The notes under the pieces: generated by a model
What the model was told of the DNA's origin: nothing
Databases searched by the model: none
What the model saw: the letters and a program-made list of their open reading frames with translations, nothing else
Shown: in pieces, positions 1 through 8,754 of the stretch
How the letters are laid out: each line of letters opens with the position of its first letter
How positions within the stretch are numbered: position 1 is the first letter of the stretch
Made by a program: the position numbers and the translations under genes
From: an uncultured Rubrivivax sp.
GTDB taxonomy: Bacteria > Pseudomonadota > Gammaproteobacteria > Burkholderiales > Burkholderiaceae_C
Direction of reading: 5' to 3'
DNA length: 34,017 nucleotides
Assembly: GCA_964432385.1 (NCBI GenBank)
Contig: CAYSOD010000001.1
Span: 1 to 34,017 of the forward strand

Positions 1-37
1 TGCCTTCCTGACCGTCGACGAAAACCTTGGCCGTCAT
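1..37 (-). CDS. argC: N-acetyl-gamma-glutamyl-phosphate reductase (type 2), 5' fragment running off the window edge
   Basis: Minus strand reads GGAG (46-49), 8 nt, then ATG at 37: MTAKVFVDGQEG. This matches the N-terminus of type 2 ArgC (KVFVDGQEGTTGL). Only 12 codons are visible. Confidence 0.8.
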   Translation of the reverse strand, partial: MTAKVFVDGQEG

Positions 38-103
38 GTCGGCTGCTCCAAACTGTTGTCCCAGGCTCTAGGATAGATGCCCGTCTCCTGGGGAGGATAC
101 GCG

Positions 104-655
104 ATGATCTGGCGGTTTTTTCTGGGGCGGCTGGCGCGGGCGGTCGTCATCGGTCTGCTGGTGATGGGTGTGCTGTGGGTGCTCGACGTCTACGGGTGGG
201 GCCTGAAGCTGGTGGGCGCCGTCATGGTCCTGATCGGGGTGATCGCCTACCTCACGCCCCAATTGGGGGTCCGCCTGCTGGACCTCGCGATCTACTGGGG
301 CCGCTACTGGTTTTGGCGGGATCGGCAAGGGCGCCACTACACCTTTGGTGATGTTCCCCTGGACGTCCGGGAGGACGGCGATACCGTCTGGATCGAAGCC
401 GAGGGCCTGCGCCGCGTGCTGGGCAACTGGGAGACTGACGGAGTCTTCCTCGCGCGTGTGGCCACCACCGCCTGGTGGCGCGACGGGAAGCGCCTGTGGT
501 TGCGCGTGGACGCGGTCATTCACCACCTGGTGGAGGCCCCAGAGCGCATGGACCCACGCCGTGTTCGCCTGCGCCTGTACCTGGAGCGGCAGGTGTTGTT
601 CCCCTTCAACGAGCGCCGCCGCCGGGCCAACCCCGCCGGGCCGGCGCGGAGTTGA
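104..655 (+). CDS. Hypothetical membrane protein (two N-terminal TM helices plus a soluble domain)
   Basis: ORF 77..655; GGAGG at 92-96 favours ATG 104. Hydrophobic segments AVVIGLLVMGVLWVL and LVGAVMVLIGVIAYL. No family recognised. Confidence 0.7.
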   Translation: MIWRFFLGRLARAVVIGLLVMGVLWVLDVYGWGLKLVGAVMVLIGVIAYLTPQLGVRLLDLAIYWGRYWFWRDRQGRHYTFGDVPLDVREDGDTVWIEAEGLRRVLGNWETDGVFLARVATTAWWRDGKRLWLRVDAVIHHLVEAPERMDPRRVRLRLYLERQVLFPFNERRRRANPAGPARS

Positions 656-673
656 GCGCCACAATCCGCCTCC

Positions 674-1585
674 ATGGTCACCAAGAAACCCAAGGGTCTG
701 GGCCTCGGCCTGGAAGCTCTTCTCGGCCCCCAGGCCAAGGAGCCACTGGCGCCGGATGCGCCGGCCGGCGCGCCCTCCACCCTCAAGCTCAGCCAGCTGC
801 AGCCGGGCAAGTACCAGCCGCGCACACGCATGGACGAGGGCTCGCTGTACGAGCTGGCCGAGAGCATCAAGAGCCAGGGCGTGATGCAGCCGGTGCTGGT
901 GCGGCCCGTGGCCGGTGAAGGCGGGGCGGCGCGCTACGAGATCATCGCCGGCGAGCGGCGATTCCGCGCTGCCAGGCTCGCCGGGCTGGACGAGGTGCCG
1001 GTGCTCGTGCGTGACGTGTCCGACGAGTCCGCTGCCGTGATGGCGCTGATCGAGAACATGCAGCGCGAAGACCTCAACCCGCTGGAAGAGGCGCAAGGGC
1101 TGCAGCGCCTGGTCGGCGAGTTCAAGTTCACGCACGAGCAGGCAGCGCAGGCCGTGGGCCGCTCGCGCAGCGCGGCCAGCAACCTGCTGCGCCTGCTGCA
1201 ACTCACCGAGCCGGTGCAGAAGATGCTGATGGCCGGCGACCTGGAAATGGGCCATGCCCGCGCGCTGCTGTCGCTGGATGCCGCGCAGCAGATTCTTTCC
1301 GCTAACCAAGTGGTGGCGCGCAAGTTGACGGTGCGCGAAGCTGAGAAGCTCGTGGCCAAGGCGCTGAACAACGGCCGGCAGGCGCCGCTGCTGCGAGTGA
1401 AGCAGGACAAGCCGCGCGACCTGGTGCGGCTGGAGGAGAAGCTCGCCGACGCGCTGGCCGCCGCCGTGGAGATCCGTGTGCACCGCAAGACCAAGCGCGG
1501 TGAGCAGGGCGAGATCGCCATCGCCTTCGGTTCGCTGGAAGAGCTGAACGGCTTGCTGGAGAAACTGGGGGCGAGGGAGGAATGA
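674..1585 (+). CDS. parB: ParB/Spo0J chromosome partitioning protein
   Basis: YQPR, IIAGERRFRAA (CTPase GxxRxxA box), ALIENMQREDLNPLEEA, HTH region GRSRSAASNLLRLL. Confidence 0.96.
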   Translation: MVTKKPKGLGLGLEALLGPQAKEPLAPDAPAGAPSTLKLSQLQPGKYQPRTRMDEGSLYELAESIKSQGVMQPVLVRPVAGEGGAARYEIIAGERRFRAARLAGLDEVPVLVRDVSDESAAVMALIENMQREDLNPLEEAQGLQRLVGEFKFTHEQAAQAVGRSRSAASNLLRLLQLTEPVQKMLMAGDLEMGHARALLSLDAAQQILSANQVVARKLTVREAEKLVAKALNNGRQAPLLRVKQDKPRDLVRLEEKLADALAAAVEIRVHRKTKRGEQGEIAIAFGSLEELNGLLEKLGAREE

Positions 1586-3624
1586 TGACGAACCAAGTCG
1601 GTGTTCATGACCGTCGGATGTGTCGGGCGTTGCTGGCCGCGGCAGCCGTGGCGGTGCTCGCCGCCTGTTCCACCTCCTCGCCTTCGCCTCAAGCTGGCGC
1701 GGTGATGACGCCACCCTCGGCGCTGACCATGACGGGGGTGCCTGCGGTGCCGGCGTCGTTGCCTGCCCGGGTGGGCCCGTACACCGAGTTCCGCGGCGCG
1801 TCCCTCGCGGACATCACCCCTGATGGCCGCCGACTGCTGGCGGCGTGGCGTGCCGGCCCCAAGGGCGCGGAGCGCGCCCAGCTGCACTTGAGCGATGCAC
1901 CTGGACAGGCGCTGAAGCAGGTCACCACGGCAGAGGAGCCCACGCGCAGTGGCAACTTCCTGCCGGCCGACCCGAACTTCATCGTGTTTGAACGCGACCG
2001 CGGTGGCAACGAGGCCACGCAGGTGTTTCGCCGCAACCTGACAACGGCTCAGGAGACCGCGCTGACCGAGCCCGGCCAGCGCTGTGATGCCGGCACCTTC
2101 AACCGTGCCGGTAACGCCGTCACCATCACCTGTGCCAAGGTGGACGCCGCGGCGGCGGGGGCCGGTGGTGCCTCCAACGCGCTGTCGCTGGTGGAGGTGA
2201 AGACCGGCCGCGTCCTGGGGCGTGTGGACTTGCCCGGCACAGGTTGGTGGGCGGCCGACGTGTCGCCCGACGACCGCTGGGTGCTGGTCAACCGTTACAT
2301 CTCGGCCAGCCAGTCCGAGGTCTGGCGGGTGGATCTGACGACCGGTCAGCGCAGCCGCTTGCTGCCGCGCGATGGCGAGCCGCGCGCGGTCCATTTCGCC
2401 AGCACCCTGCTGCCGGACGGCCAAGGTTTCCTCGTCGTGACCGACCGCTTCGGCGAGTTCCGCCAGGCGTTTCGCTACGACGCCGCGGCCCACCGCTTCG
2501 ACCCCATCACCGCCGATGTGCCCTGGGATGTGGGCAGCGCCGCCGTCTCGAAGGATCTGCGCCGCGCCGTGTTCGTCACCAACGAGGCCGGCGTGGGCGT
2601 GGCCAGGCTGTACGACCTGCCGACCTTGAAGCCTTTACCGCTGGCACTGCCCCGCGGCACCAATGTCTCGTCGGTCCGCCTGTCCGACGACGGGCGTCGC
2701 CTGGTCTATACCTCGGTGTCGCCTTCTGCACCCTCCGAGATCCGGGTGCTGGACCTGGATGCCTCCACTACACCTCAACCCACGGCTGGCGCGCTGTGGG
2801 TGGCGGCCGACACCGCCGGCATCGACACCCGCGCGTTCACGCCCATCGAGCCCATCGCCTGGAAGAGCTTTGATGGCCGCACCATCACGGGCCTGATCCA
2901 GCGCCCGCCGGCAAAGTTCACCGGCAAGCGCCCGGTGCTGATCGAGATCCACGGCGGGCCCGAGGCGCAGGCGCGCGTGGGCTTCAACGGCCGCTACAAC
3001 TACATCGTCAACGAGCTCGGCATCGCCTTCATCGAGCCCAACGTGCGCGGCTCCACGGGGTTTGGCAAGACCTTCCACCAGCTCGACAACGGCCGCCTGC
3101 GCGAGGACTCGGTCAAGGACATTGGCGCGCTGCTGGACTGGATCGCCCAGCAGCCTGACCTCGACGCCTCGCGCGTGGTGGTGCAGGGTGGCAGCTATGG
3201 CGGCTACATGGCCAACGCGGTGGCGGTGCACTACTCCGACCGCATCCGCGGCGCCATGCCGGCTGTGGGCATCTCCAACTTCGTCACCTTCCTGGAGCGC
3301 ACCGAGAGCTACCGGCGCGACCTGCGCCGCGTGGAATACGGCGACGAGCGCGACCCCGCCATGCGCCAGTGGATGCAGGAGATCGCCCCTTTGAACAACG
3401 CTCACCGCATCAAGGTGCCCATGTTCGTCATTCACGGGCGCAACGACCCGCGCGTGCCGGTGCAGGAGGCCGAGCAGATCGCTCGCACCGTGGCGGCCAA
3501 TGGGGTGCCGGTGTGGACCATGATCGCCGAGAACGAGGGTCACGGCTTCGCCAAGAAAGAGAACGCCGACCACCTGTTCTACGCGCGCATCCTGTTCCTG
3601 GAGAAGGTGCTGCTCGGGCGGTGA
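1582..3624 (+). CDS. S9 family (prolyl oligopeptidase/acylaminoacyl peptidase) serine peptidase, probable lipoprotein
   Basis: Lipobox LAAC, beta-propeller region, IHGGPE, nucleophile elbow GGSYGG, catalytic Asp in HGRNDPRVP and His in EGHGF. Exact start uncertain (1582, 1585 or 1618). Confidence 0.92.
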   Translation: MMTNQVGVHDRRMCRALLAAAAVAVLAACSTSSPSPQAGAVMTPPSALTMTGVPAVPASLPARVGPYTEFRGASLADITPDGRRLLAAWRAGPKGAERAQLHLSDAPGQALKQVTTAEEPTRSGNFLPADPNFIVFERDRGGNEATQVFRRNLTTAQETALTEPGQRCDAGTFNRAGNAVTITCAKVDAAAAGAGGASNALSLVEVKTGRVLGRVDLPGTGWWAADVSPDDRWVLVNRYISASQSEVWRVDLTTGQRSRLLPRDGEPRAVHFASTLLPDGQGFLVVTDRFGEFRQAFRYDAAAHRFDPITADVPWDVGSAAVSKDLRRAVFVTNEAGVGVARLYDLPTLKPLPLALPRGTNVSSVRLSDDGRRLVYTSVSPSAPSEIRVLDLDASTTPQPTAGALWVAADTAGIDTRAFTPIEPIAWKSFDGRTITGLIQRPPAKFTGKRPVLIEIHGGPEAQARVGFNGRYNYIVNELGIAFIEPNVRGSTGFGKTFHQLDNGRLREDSVKDIGALLDWIAQQPDLDASRVVVQGGSYGGYMANAVAVHYSDRIRGAMPAVGISNFVTFLERTESYRRDLRRVEYGDERDPAMRQWMQEIAPLNNAHRIKVPMFVIHGRNDPRVPVQEAEQIARTVAANGVPVWTMIAENEGHGFAKKENADHLFYARILFLEKVLLGR

Positions 3625-3629
3625 CGCCG

Positions 3630-4436
3630 ATGTTCAGCTTCGACGCCTTCTCCCCCAAGGAGGTGGCCGAGCGCATCGAAGTGCTGGGCGTGGCCAAGGC
3701 ACGTCTGCCGCTCGCGTCGATGCTCTTGCTGGCCGTGTTAGCAGGCGCTTACATTGGCTTCGGGTCTCTGTTCTTCTTGTTGGTGACATCAGACTCCTCG
3801 GGGTCCTTTGCGTCTGCGCGGGTCCTGGGAGGACTGGTGTTCTCGCTCGGGCTGCTGACGGTGGTGGTGGCCGGGGCGGAGCTTTTCACCGGCAATCACC
3901 TGCTGGCCATGGCCTGGGCCGACGGGCGGCTTTCGGCCAACGAGGTGCTGCGCAACTGGGGTGTGGTCTGCCTGGGCAATGCCCTGGGTGCCGGGTTGCT
4001 GGCCTGGGCCGTGGCCAGCGCGGACGTGGGATCGCTCAACGGCGGCCGTCTCGCACAGCAGGCGCTGAAGGTGGCGCAGGCCAAGGCCGATCTGCCCGCC
4101 GACGTGGCGTTTCTGCGCGGCGTGCTGTGCAACGTGCTGGTGTGCCTGGCGGTGTGGATGGCGGCAGCCGGCCGCAGCGTGGTGGACAAGGCCGTGGCCG
4201 TGGTGCCACCCGTCACCGCCTTCGTCGCGCTGGGCTTTGAACACTCGGTGGCCAACTTCTTTTTCTTTCCGCTGGCCCTGCTGCTGGAGCCCACGGGCGC
4301 CGCAGCGGGCCTTCCCGCGCCTGGAGCAGGTGCGATCTTCGGCAATCTGCTGCCCGTCATTGCGGGCAACCTGCTGGGCGGCAGCGTGCTGGTGGCCGGG
4401 GTGTACTGGGTGGTGTATCAGCGTGGGGCGCGCTGA
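3630..4436 (+). CDS. Formate/nitrite transporter (FNT) family channel
   Basis: GAELFTGN, LCNVLVCLAVW and GFEHSVAN motifs. ATG 3630 lies just after the peptidase stop. Confidence 0.92.
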   Translation: MFSFDAFSPKEVAERIEVLGVAKARLPLASMLLLAVLAGAYIGFGSLFFLLVTSDSSGSFASARVLGGLVFSLGLLTVVVAGAELFTGNHLLAMAWADGRLSANEVLRNWGVVCLGNALGAGLLAWAVASADVGSLNGGRLAQQALKVAQAKADLPADVAFLRGVLCNVLVCLAVWMAAAGRSVVDKAVAVVPPVTAFVALGFEHSVANFFFFPLALLLEPTGAAAGLPAPGAGAIFGNLLPVIAGNLLGGSVLVAGVYWVVYQRGAR

Positions 4437-4561
4437 AGTCGGCAAGACGGACGTCGCCACAGCCTAGCCCGCAGTGAGCCCGCCTTATGGCCCCCGCGTC
4501 GCCAGCTGTACCGCCTCGGCTGGGCCGAGTGTGTTGGGTGCTCGAGGGATACCTCAGCTTT

Positions 4562-5362
4562 TCAACTCAGCACGGTGCCGTCGAACCCCAGATGCCGGGA
4601 GATGGCACCCGCCGTGTCGATCACCACGGATGAAAGCTGCAACTGCCGCTCGGCCGTCATCCGGTCAGGAGGGCCGGAGACGCTGATGGCCGCGAACACG
4701 CGGCCAGCGGCGTTGCGGATGGGCGCGGCCACGCAGCGGACGAACAGCTGCAGCTCTTCGTTGTCCAGGGCATATCCGCGCTTGCGCACCTTGGCGTAGT
4801 CACGCTCCAACGCCGCCAGGGCGGTGATCGTGTGCGAGGTGTAGGAGCGCAGCCCGCCCGCCGCGATGCGCGCCACGGCGTCCTTGGGCAGGAAAGCGCC
4901 CACCGCCTTGCCCACCCCCGTGCAGTGGATGGGGGCGATCTCCACGCGGCTGGCCAGGCTCTTGCGGGGTTCTTCGAAGTCTTCGCGCTCGATCACGACG
5001 ACGCTCTGGCCGTTGAAGACCCCCAGGTGTACCGAGGCGCTGGAGTGCCGCGCCAGTTGATCGACGAAGGGCTGCGCTTCGCGGTGCAGGTCCATGTTGG
5101 CCAGCGACAGGCTGCCCAACTCGTACAGGCCGATGCCGAGCATGTACCCACCGCCCCTGACGTCCTGCTCGATGAAGCCGATTTCCTTGAGAGCCGCCAG
5201 GATGCGGTGCACCGTTGGCCGAGGCAGGCCCGTGGTGCTGGCGATCTGGGCCAGGGTGAGGCGCCGCGACACAGTGGAGAAGCACTGCAGCACCTCCATC
5301 ATGCGCTGGTAGGACTGGATGCGGTTTTTGTCGGCGGGGTCAGCGGACGCGCTCGGGGCCAT
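4562..5362 (-). CDS. IclR family transcriptional regulator
   Basis: N-terminal wHTH (GLPRPTVHRIL), effector domain motifs HCTGVGKA, RGYALDNEE, CVAAPI, AAISVSGP. Confidence 0.95.
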   Translation of the reverse strand: MAPSASADPADKNRIQSYQRMMEVLQCFSTVSRRLTLAQIASTTGLPRPTVHRILAALKEIGFIEQDVRGGGYMLGIGLYELGSLSLANMDLHREAQPFVDQLARHSSASVHLGVFNGQSVVVIEREDFEEPRKSLASRVEIAPIHCTGVGKAVGAFLPKDAVARIAAGGLRSYTSHTITALAALERDYAKVRKRGYALDNEELQLFVRCVAAPIRNAAGRVFAAISVSGPPDRMTAERQLQLSSVVIDTAGAISRHLGFDGTVLS

Positions 5363-5370
5363 GGACGTGA

Positions 5371-6357
5371 TCAGTTCACCTTCAAGTTGAGCTGGGTGAT
5401 CAGGGTCTTGAAGTATGCGCTGTCGCGGTCGATCTCGGCCTTGAACCTGGTGCCGTCTGCCACCGAGTAGCCCAAGTTGAGCTTGTCCATGGCTTCCTTC
5501 ACGCTCGGATCGTTGGCGGCCTTCAGACCGACCTCTGAGAGCTTTGCCAGCACGTCCGGCGGCAGGCCTCGCGGTGCGCCCAGCCCGCGCCAGGTGCCGA
5601 TGGACAGGTCGATGCGCCGCTCCTTGAGCGTGGGCACGCTTTCGAAACCTTTCAGGCGCTGGTCACCCATCACCGCCAGCATCCTCAGCTTGCCGGCGGC
5701 CACCTGCGACGAGACCTCCGACGGTGAAGGCACGACCGCATCGATGTGTCCGCCCAGCAGTGCCACGACCGCCGGCGCGTTGCCTTGGTAGGGAATGTGG
5801 TTGAACGTGGCGCCCAGCTTTTGCTGCAGGCCCAGGGCAGCCAGATGCGAGACGCCTCCCACTCCGGCATTGCCGAAGCGCAGGCCATCCTTGCTGCGCT
5901 TGGCGGCCTCCACGAACTCCTCGATCGTGTTCCACGGGGAGGTGGCGCTCACGGCCAGCACCACCGGGTCCTGGTTCAGGCGCACGATGGGCACGAAGTC
6001 TTCGGGCTGGTATTTGCCGATGCCCAGGTGAGGCAGGATCACCATCTCCAAAGTCATCATGGCGATCTTGTAGCCGTCGGGCTTGCTCTGGGCCACCTCG
6101 CCCAAGCCAATGGCCCCGCTCGCGCCCGGCCGGTTGAACACCGTGAAGGGCTGACTGAAGTGCTTCTTGGCGGCCTCGGCGAACACGCGGGCCAGCACAT
6201 CGGTGCCGCCGCCGGCACCGAACGGCACCACCAATTCCACTGCCCGGTTGGGATAGGCGTCTGCCGATTGCGCAAAGGCCAAGGGCGAGGTGACAGCAAG
6301 CGGCCAGGCGCTCATGGCGACCAGGCCGGCTCTGCGGGTGATTCCTGAAGGCTTCAT
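5371..6357 (-). CDS. Bug/TctC tripartite tricarboxylate transporter substrate-binding protein
   Basis: Signal peptide with RR, YPNRAVELVVPFGAGGGTD, NRPGASG, PDGY, HIPYQG motifs. Confidence 0.95.
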   Translation of the reverse strand: MKPSGITRRAGLVAMSAWPLAVTSPLAFAQSADAYPNRAVELVVPFGAGGGTDVLARVFAEAAKKHFSQPFTVFNRPGASGAIGLGEVAQSKPDGYKIAMMTLEMVILPHLGIGKYQPEDFVPIVRLNQDPVVLAVSATSPWNTIEEFVEAAKRSKDGLRFGNAGVGGVSHLAALGLQQKLGATFNHIPYQGNAPAVVALLGGHIDAVVPSPSEVSSQVAAGKLRMLAVMGDQRLKGFESVPTLKERRIDLSIGTWRGLGAPRGLPPDVLAKLSEVGLKAANDPSVKEAMDKLNLGYSVADGTRFKAEIDRDSAYFKTLITQLNLKVN

Positions 6358-6386
6358 GGAGATTCCTGTGGTGAGTGAGGTTGTGA

Positions 6387-6423
6387 TGTCCGGAATCCGG
6401 AATACTTGACCGAAATGCGGAAC
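6387..6423. promoter_or_regulatory. Tandem putative IclR operator sites
   Basis: TGTCCGGAATCCGGAAT (6387-6403) and TGACCGAAATGCGGAAC (6407-6423) are 13/17 identical, each a CCG-N5-CGG imperfect palindrome, with a 20 bp period. Confidence 0.6.
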
Positions 6424-6434
6424 GCTGAGAGACT
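6406..6434 (+). promoter_or_regulatory. Putative sigma70 promoter for the DapA-like gene
   Basis: TTGACC (6406-6411), 17 nt, GAGACT (6429-6434) preceded by TGn. Overlaps the second operator. Confidence 0.45.
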
Positions 6435-6460
6435 TTATGAACCGGGGTCGGTCGTGTCAA
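6432..6460 (-). promoter_or_regulatory. Sigma70 promoter for bug-iclR
   Basis: Minus strand: TTGACA (6460-6455), 17 nt, TAAAGT (6437-6432). Confidence 0.7.
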
Positions 6461-6519
6461 GTGCTGATCACCCTGACGCTTCGCCGCATCCTCACCGCTC
6501 CACCCACAGGAACCCCAAC

Positions 6520-7425
6520 ATGAGCTCCAAGACCCCCGACCTGCGCCACCTGCTGCACGGCGTTCTGCCGCCCATCGCCATGCCCTTCGACGAACAGGGC
6601 CGCCTTGTGCGCCATGCCATGCGCGAGCAGATCGACTTGATCGTCAACGCCGGCGCCAACGGCGTGGTGGTGGGCGGCAGCACGGGCGAGGGCCATACCT
6701 TGTCGGACGCCGAGTTCGTCGAGTCGATGCAGGACGCCTACGAGGCCACCGCCGGTCGCGTGCCCTTCCTGGCCGGCCTCATCGTCAACAGCACCGTGCA
6801 GGCCATCCGCCGCACCCGCATGCTCGAAGGCATGAAGGTGGTGGCGCTGCAGGTCACGCCCGTGCACTACCTGTTCAAGCCCGACGAGCAGGCCACCATC
6901 GAGCACTTCCGCACCATCTGGGAGGAAACGGGCATCCCCATCCTCATCTACAACGTGATCCCGTGGAACTACCTGAGCGTGGATTCGATGCTGCGCATCA
7001 TGGACGAGGTGCCGGGCGTGATCGGCATGAAGCAGAGCAGCGGCGACCTCAAGTCGCTGTCAGACCTGCTGCTCAACGTCAAGGAGCCCAACATCGTGCT
7101 CAGTGGCATCGATGCGCTGCTGTATCCCGGATTCGCCCTGGGCATGCACGGCGCCATCTCGGCCCTGACCAGTGCCGTCCCCGGGCCGGTGGTGCGGCTG
7201 CAGAAGATGGTCCAGGCTGGCCGGCACGGCGAAGCGCGTCAACTGCACTTCCACCTCAACCGCCTGTGGAATGTCCTGCCCCACGAGATCCTGCCGGGGT
7301 GCGTGAAATACATCCAACACCTGCAGGGGTTGCCGCTGTACCACCCTCGCGCGCCCATGGTGCCCCCGGACGAAGCCCTGAAGGTGCGCATTGCGCGGGC
7401 GCTCAAGCCGGTGCTGGCAAGCTGA
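6520..7425 (+). CDS. DapA/NanA-family class I aldolase/dehydratase (catabolic paralogue)
   Basis: GSTGEG, catalytic Tyr in LIYN, Schiff-base Lys in GMKQSSG. AGGA upstream of ATG 6520. Confidence 0.9.
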   Translation: MSSKTPDLRHLLHGVLPPIAMPFDEQGRLVRHAMREQIDLIVNAGANGVVVGGSTGEGHTLSDAEFVESMQDAYEATAGRVPFLAGLIVNSTVQAIRRTRMLEGMKVVALQVTPVHYLFKPDEQATIEHFRTIWEETGIPILIYNVIPWNYLSVDSMLRIMDEVPGVIGMKQSSGDLKSLSDLLLNVKEPNIVLSGIDALLYPGFALGMHGAISALTSAVPGPVVRLQKMVQAGRHGEARQLHFHLNRLWNVLPHEILPGCVKYIQHLQGLPLYHPRAPMVPPDEALKVRIARALKPVLAS

Positions 7426-7533
7426 GCGCGCCTGCAGGGCCCCTTGAAGCGATGGTTCAAGAGGCCTTGGCTTGCGTCTGCGAAATCATGCATTTGGCCC
7501 CTGCATGGCCGAGGGCTAAAGGCGAGGGCTGCT

Positions 7534-8709
7534 TCAGGCAGGCGAGGCGGCGGACCGTTGCCGGCCCGCCAGCCACAGGAGCGCGGCGCCCACCAGCGCG
7601 ATGGGCACCAGCGACCCATAGTTCAGCAGGGTCCAGCCCTGGGTGGTGACCAGAGCGCCGGAGGAGAACGAACTCACGGCCATGGTGGCGAACACGCAGG
7701 TGTCCATGGCCCCTTGCGCCTTGTTCTTCTCCTCGGGGCGGTAGGTGGTGGTCAGCAGCGTGGTGCCACCGGTGTACAAGAAGTTCCAGCCGACACCGAG
7801 CGTGAACAGCGCCACCAGGAACTGCATCAGGTCCACGCCGCTCAGCGCCACGGCCACACACACCAGGTTCAGCACCACGCCCACGCCCATCACGGGCAGG
7901 GCACCAAAGCGCTTGATGAGGTGACCGGTGAAGAAGCTGGGCACAAACATGCCCAGTACGTGCCACTCCAGCACCAGCGTGGCACTTTCAAAGGGGTGCT
8001 TGCATTGCTGCATGGCCAGCGGGGTGGCGGCCATCAGCAGGTTCATGACGCCATAGCCCAGAGCTCCCGCGGCCACGGCCACGATGAAGGTGGGCTGGCG
8101 TGCAATCTCGGCCAGAGGCCGCCCCGAAGAAGCACCCGGCTCCGGGGCCTTGTGCGGCGGGAACTGGATGAACGACAGCGCCACGAAGGCCACCGCGGCC
8201 ACGCCGATCAGCACCAGGTAGGCACCGGCATAGCGCACGGGCAGCAGGTCCACCGAGGCATTGGCCAGGTTGGGGCCGATGACGGCGCCCACGATGCCGC
8301 CTGCCAGCACCCAGGAGATCGCCTTTTCCTTGTAGGAGGGCTCCACCACCTCGGTACCGGCAAATCGGTACAGCGCGGCGTTGGCCTGGTAGAAGCCCGC
8401 GAGCAACGTGGCCGCCATCAGCAAACCGAAGCTCTTGTGGCTGACGGCAAAGGCGCAGGCGGCGGCCGACACCGCTGCCATCAGAAGACCCAGTTGGAAG
8501 CTGCGCTTGCGGCCCCACTGGGCCTGCAGACGCGCCACCAGCGGGGCGCTGAGCGTGCCGCCGATCACATAGCTGGTGACGGGCAGCGTGGCCATCCACC
8601 CCACGGGCGCCAGCGCCAATCCGGCCAGGCCATTGACGGCGATGAAGGTGACGGTGTTGGTCAGGAACATGCCCTGACAGAAGGCGAGCAGCAGCAGATG
8701 GCGGTTCAT
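7534..8709 (-). CDS. MFS transporter
   Basis: 391 aa with about 12 hydrophobic segments; motif A-like QWGRKRSF and GHLIKRFG. Confidence 0.9.
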   Translation of the reverse strand: MNRHLLLLAFCQGMFLTNTVTFIAVNGLAGLALAPVGWMATLPVTSYVIGGTLSAPLVARLQAQWGRKRSFQLGLLMAAVSAAACAFAVSHKSFGLLMAATLLAGFYQANAALYRFAGTEVVEPSYKEKAISWVLAGGIVGAVIGPNLANASVDLLPVRYAGAYLVLIGVAAVAFVALSFIQFPPHKAPEPGASSGRPLAEIARQPTFIVAVAAGALGYGVMNLLMAATPLAMQQCKHPFESATLVLEWHVLGMFVPSFFTGHLIKRFGALPVMGVGVVLNLVCVAVALSGVDLMQFLVALFTLGVGWNFLYTGGTTLLTTTYRPEEKNKAQGAMDTCVFATMAVSSFSSGALVTTQGWTLLNYGSLVPIALVGAALLWLAGRQRSAASPA

Positions 8710-8754
8710 GCCCCATCATCGCACCGCCGCCCTGGTGTGGGCAGGCTCTTCAGC

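Noticed and set aside
2-76. Plus-strand open frame AFLTVDENLGRH...ALG* ending just before the first ORF
   Set aside because: The opposite strand gives an RBS and a recognisable ArgC N-terminus, which explains the sequence better.
5928-5943. parS-like TGTTCCACGGGGAGG
   Set aside because: Only the left half matches the parS palindrome and it lies inside the bug CDS. The TTTCACGTG near 32235 is likewise a half-site. No convincing parS seen.
7432-7470. Imperfect hairpin between the convergent aldolase and MFS genes
   Set aside because: Mismatched stem and no U-tract; too weak to call a terminator.
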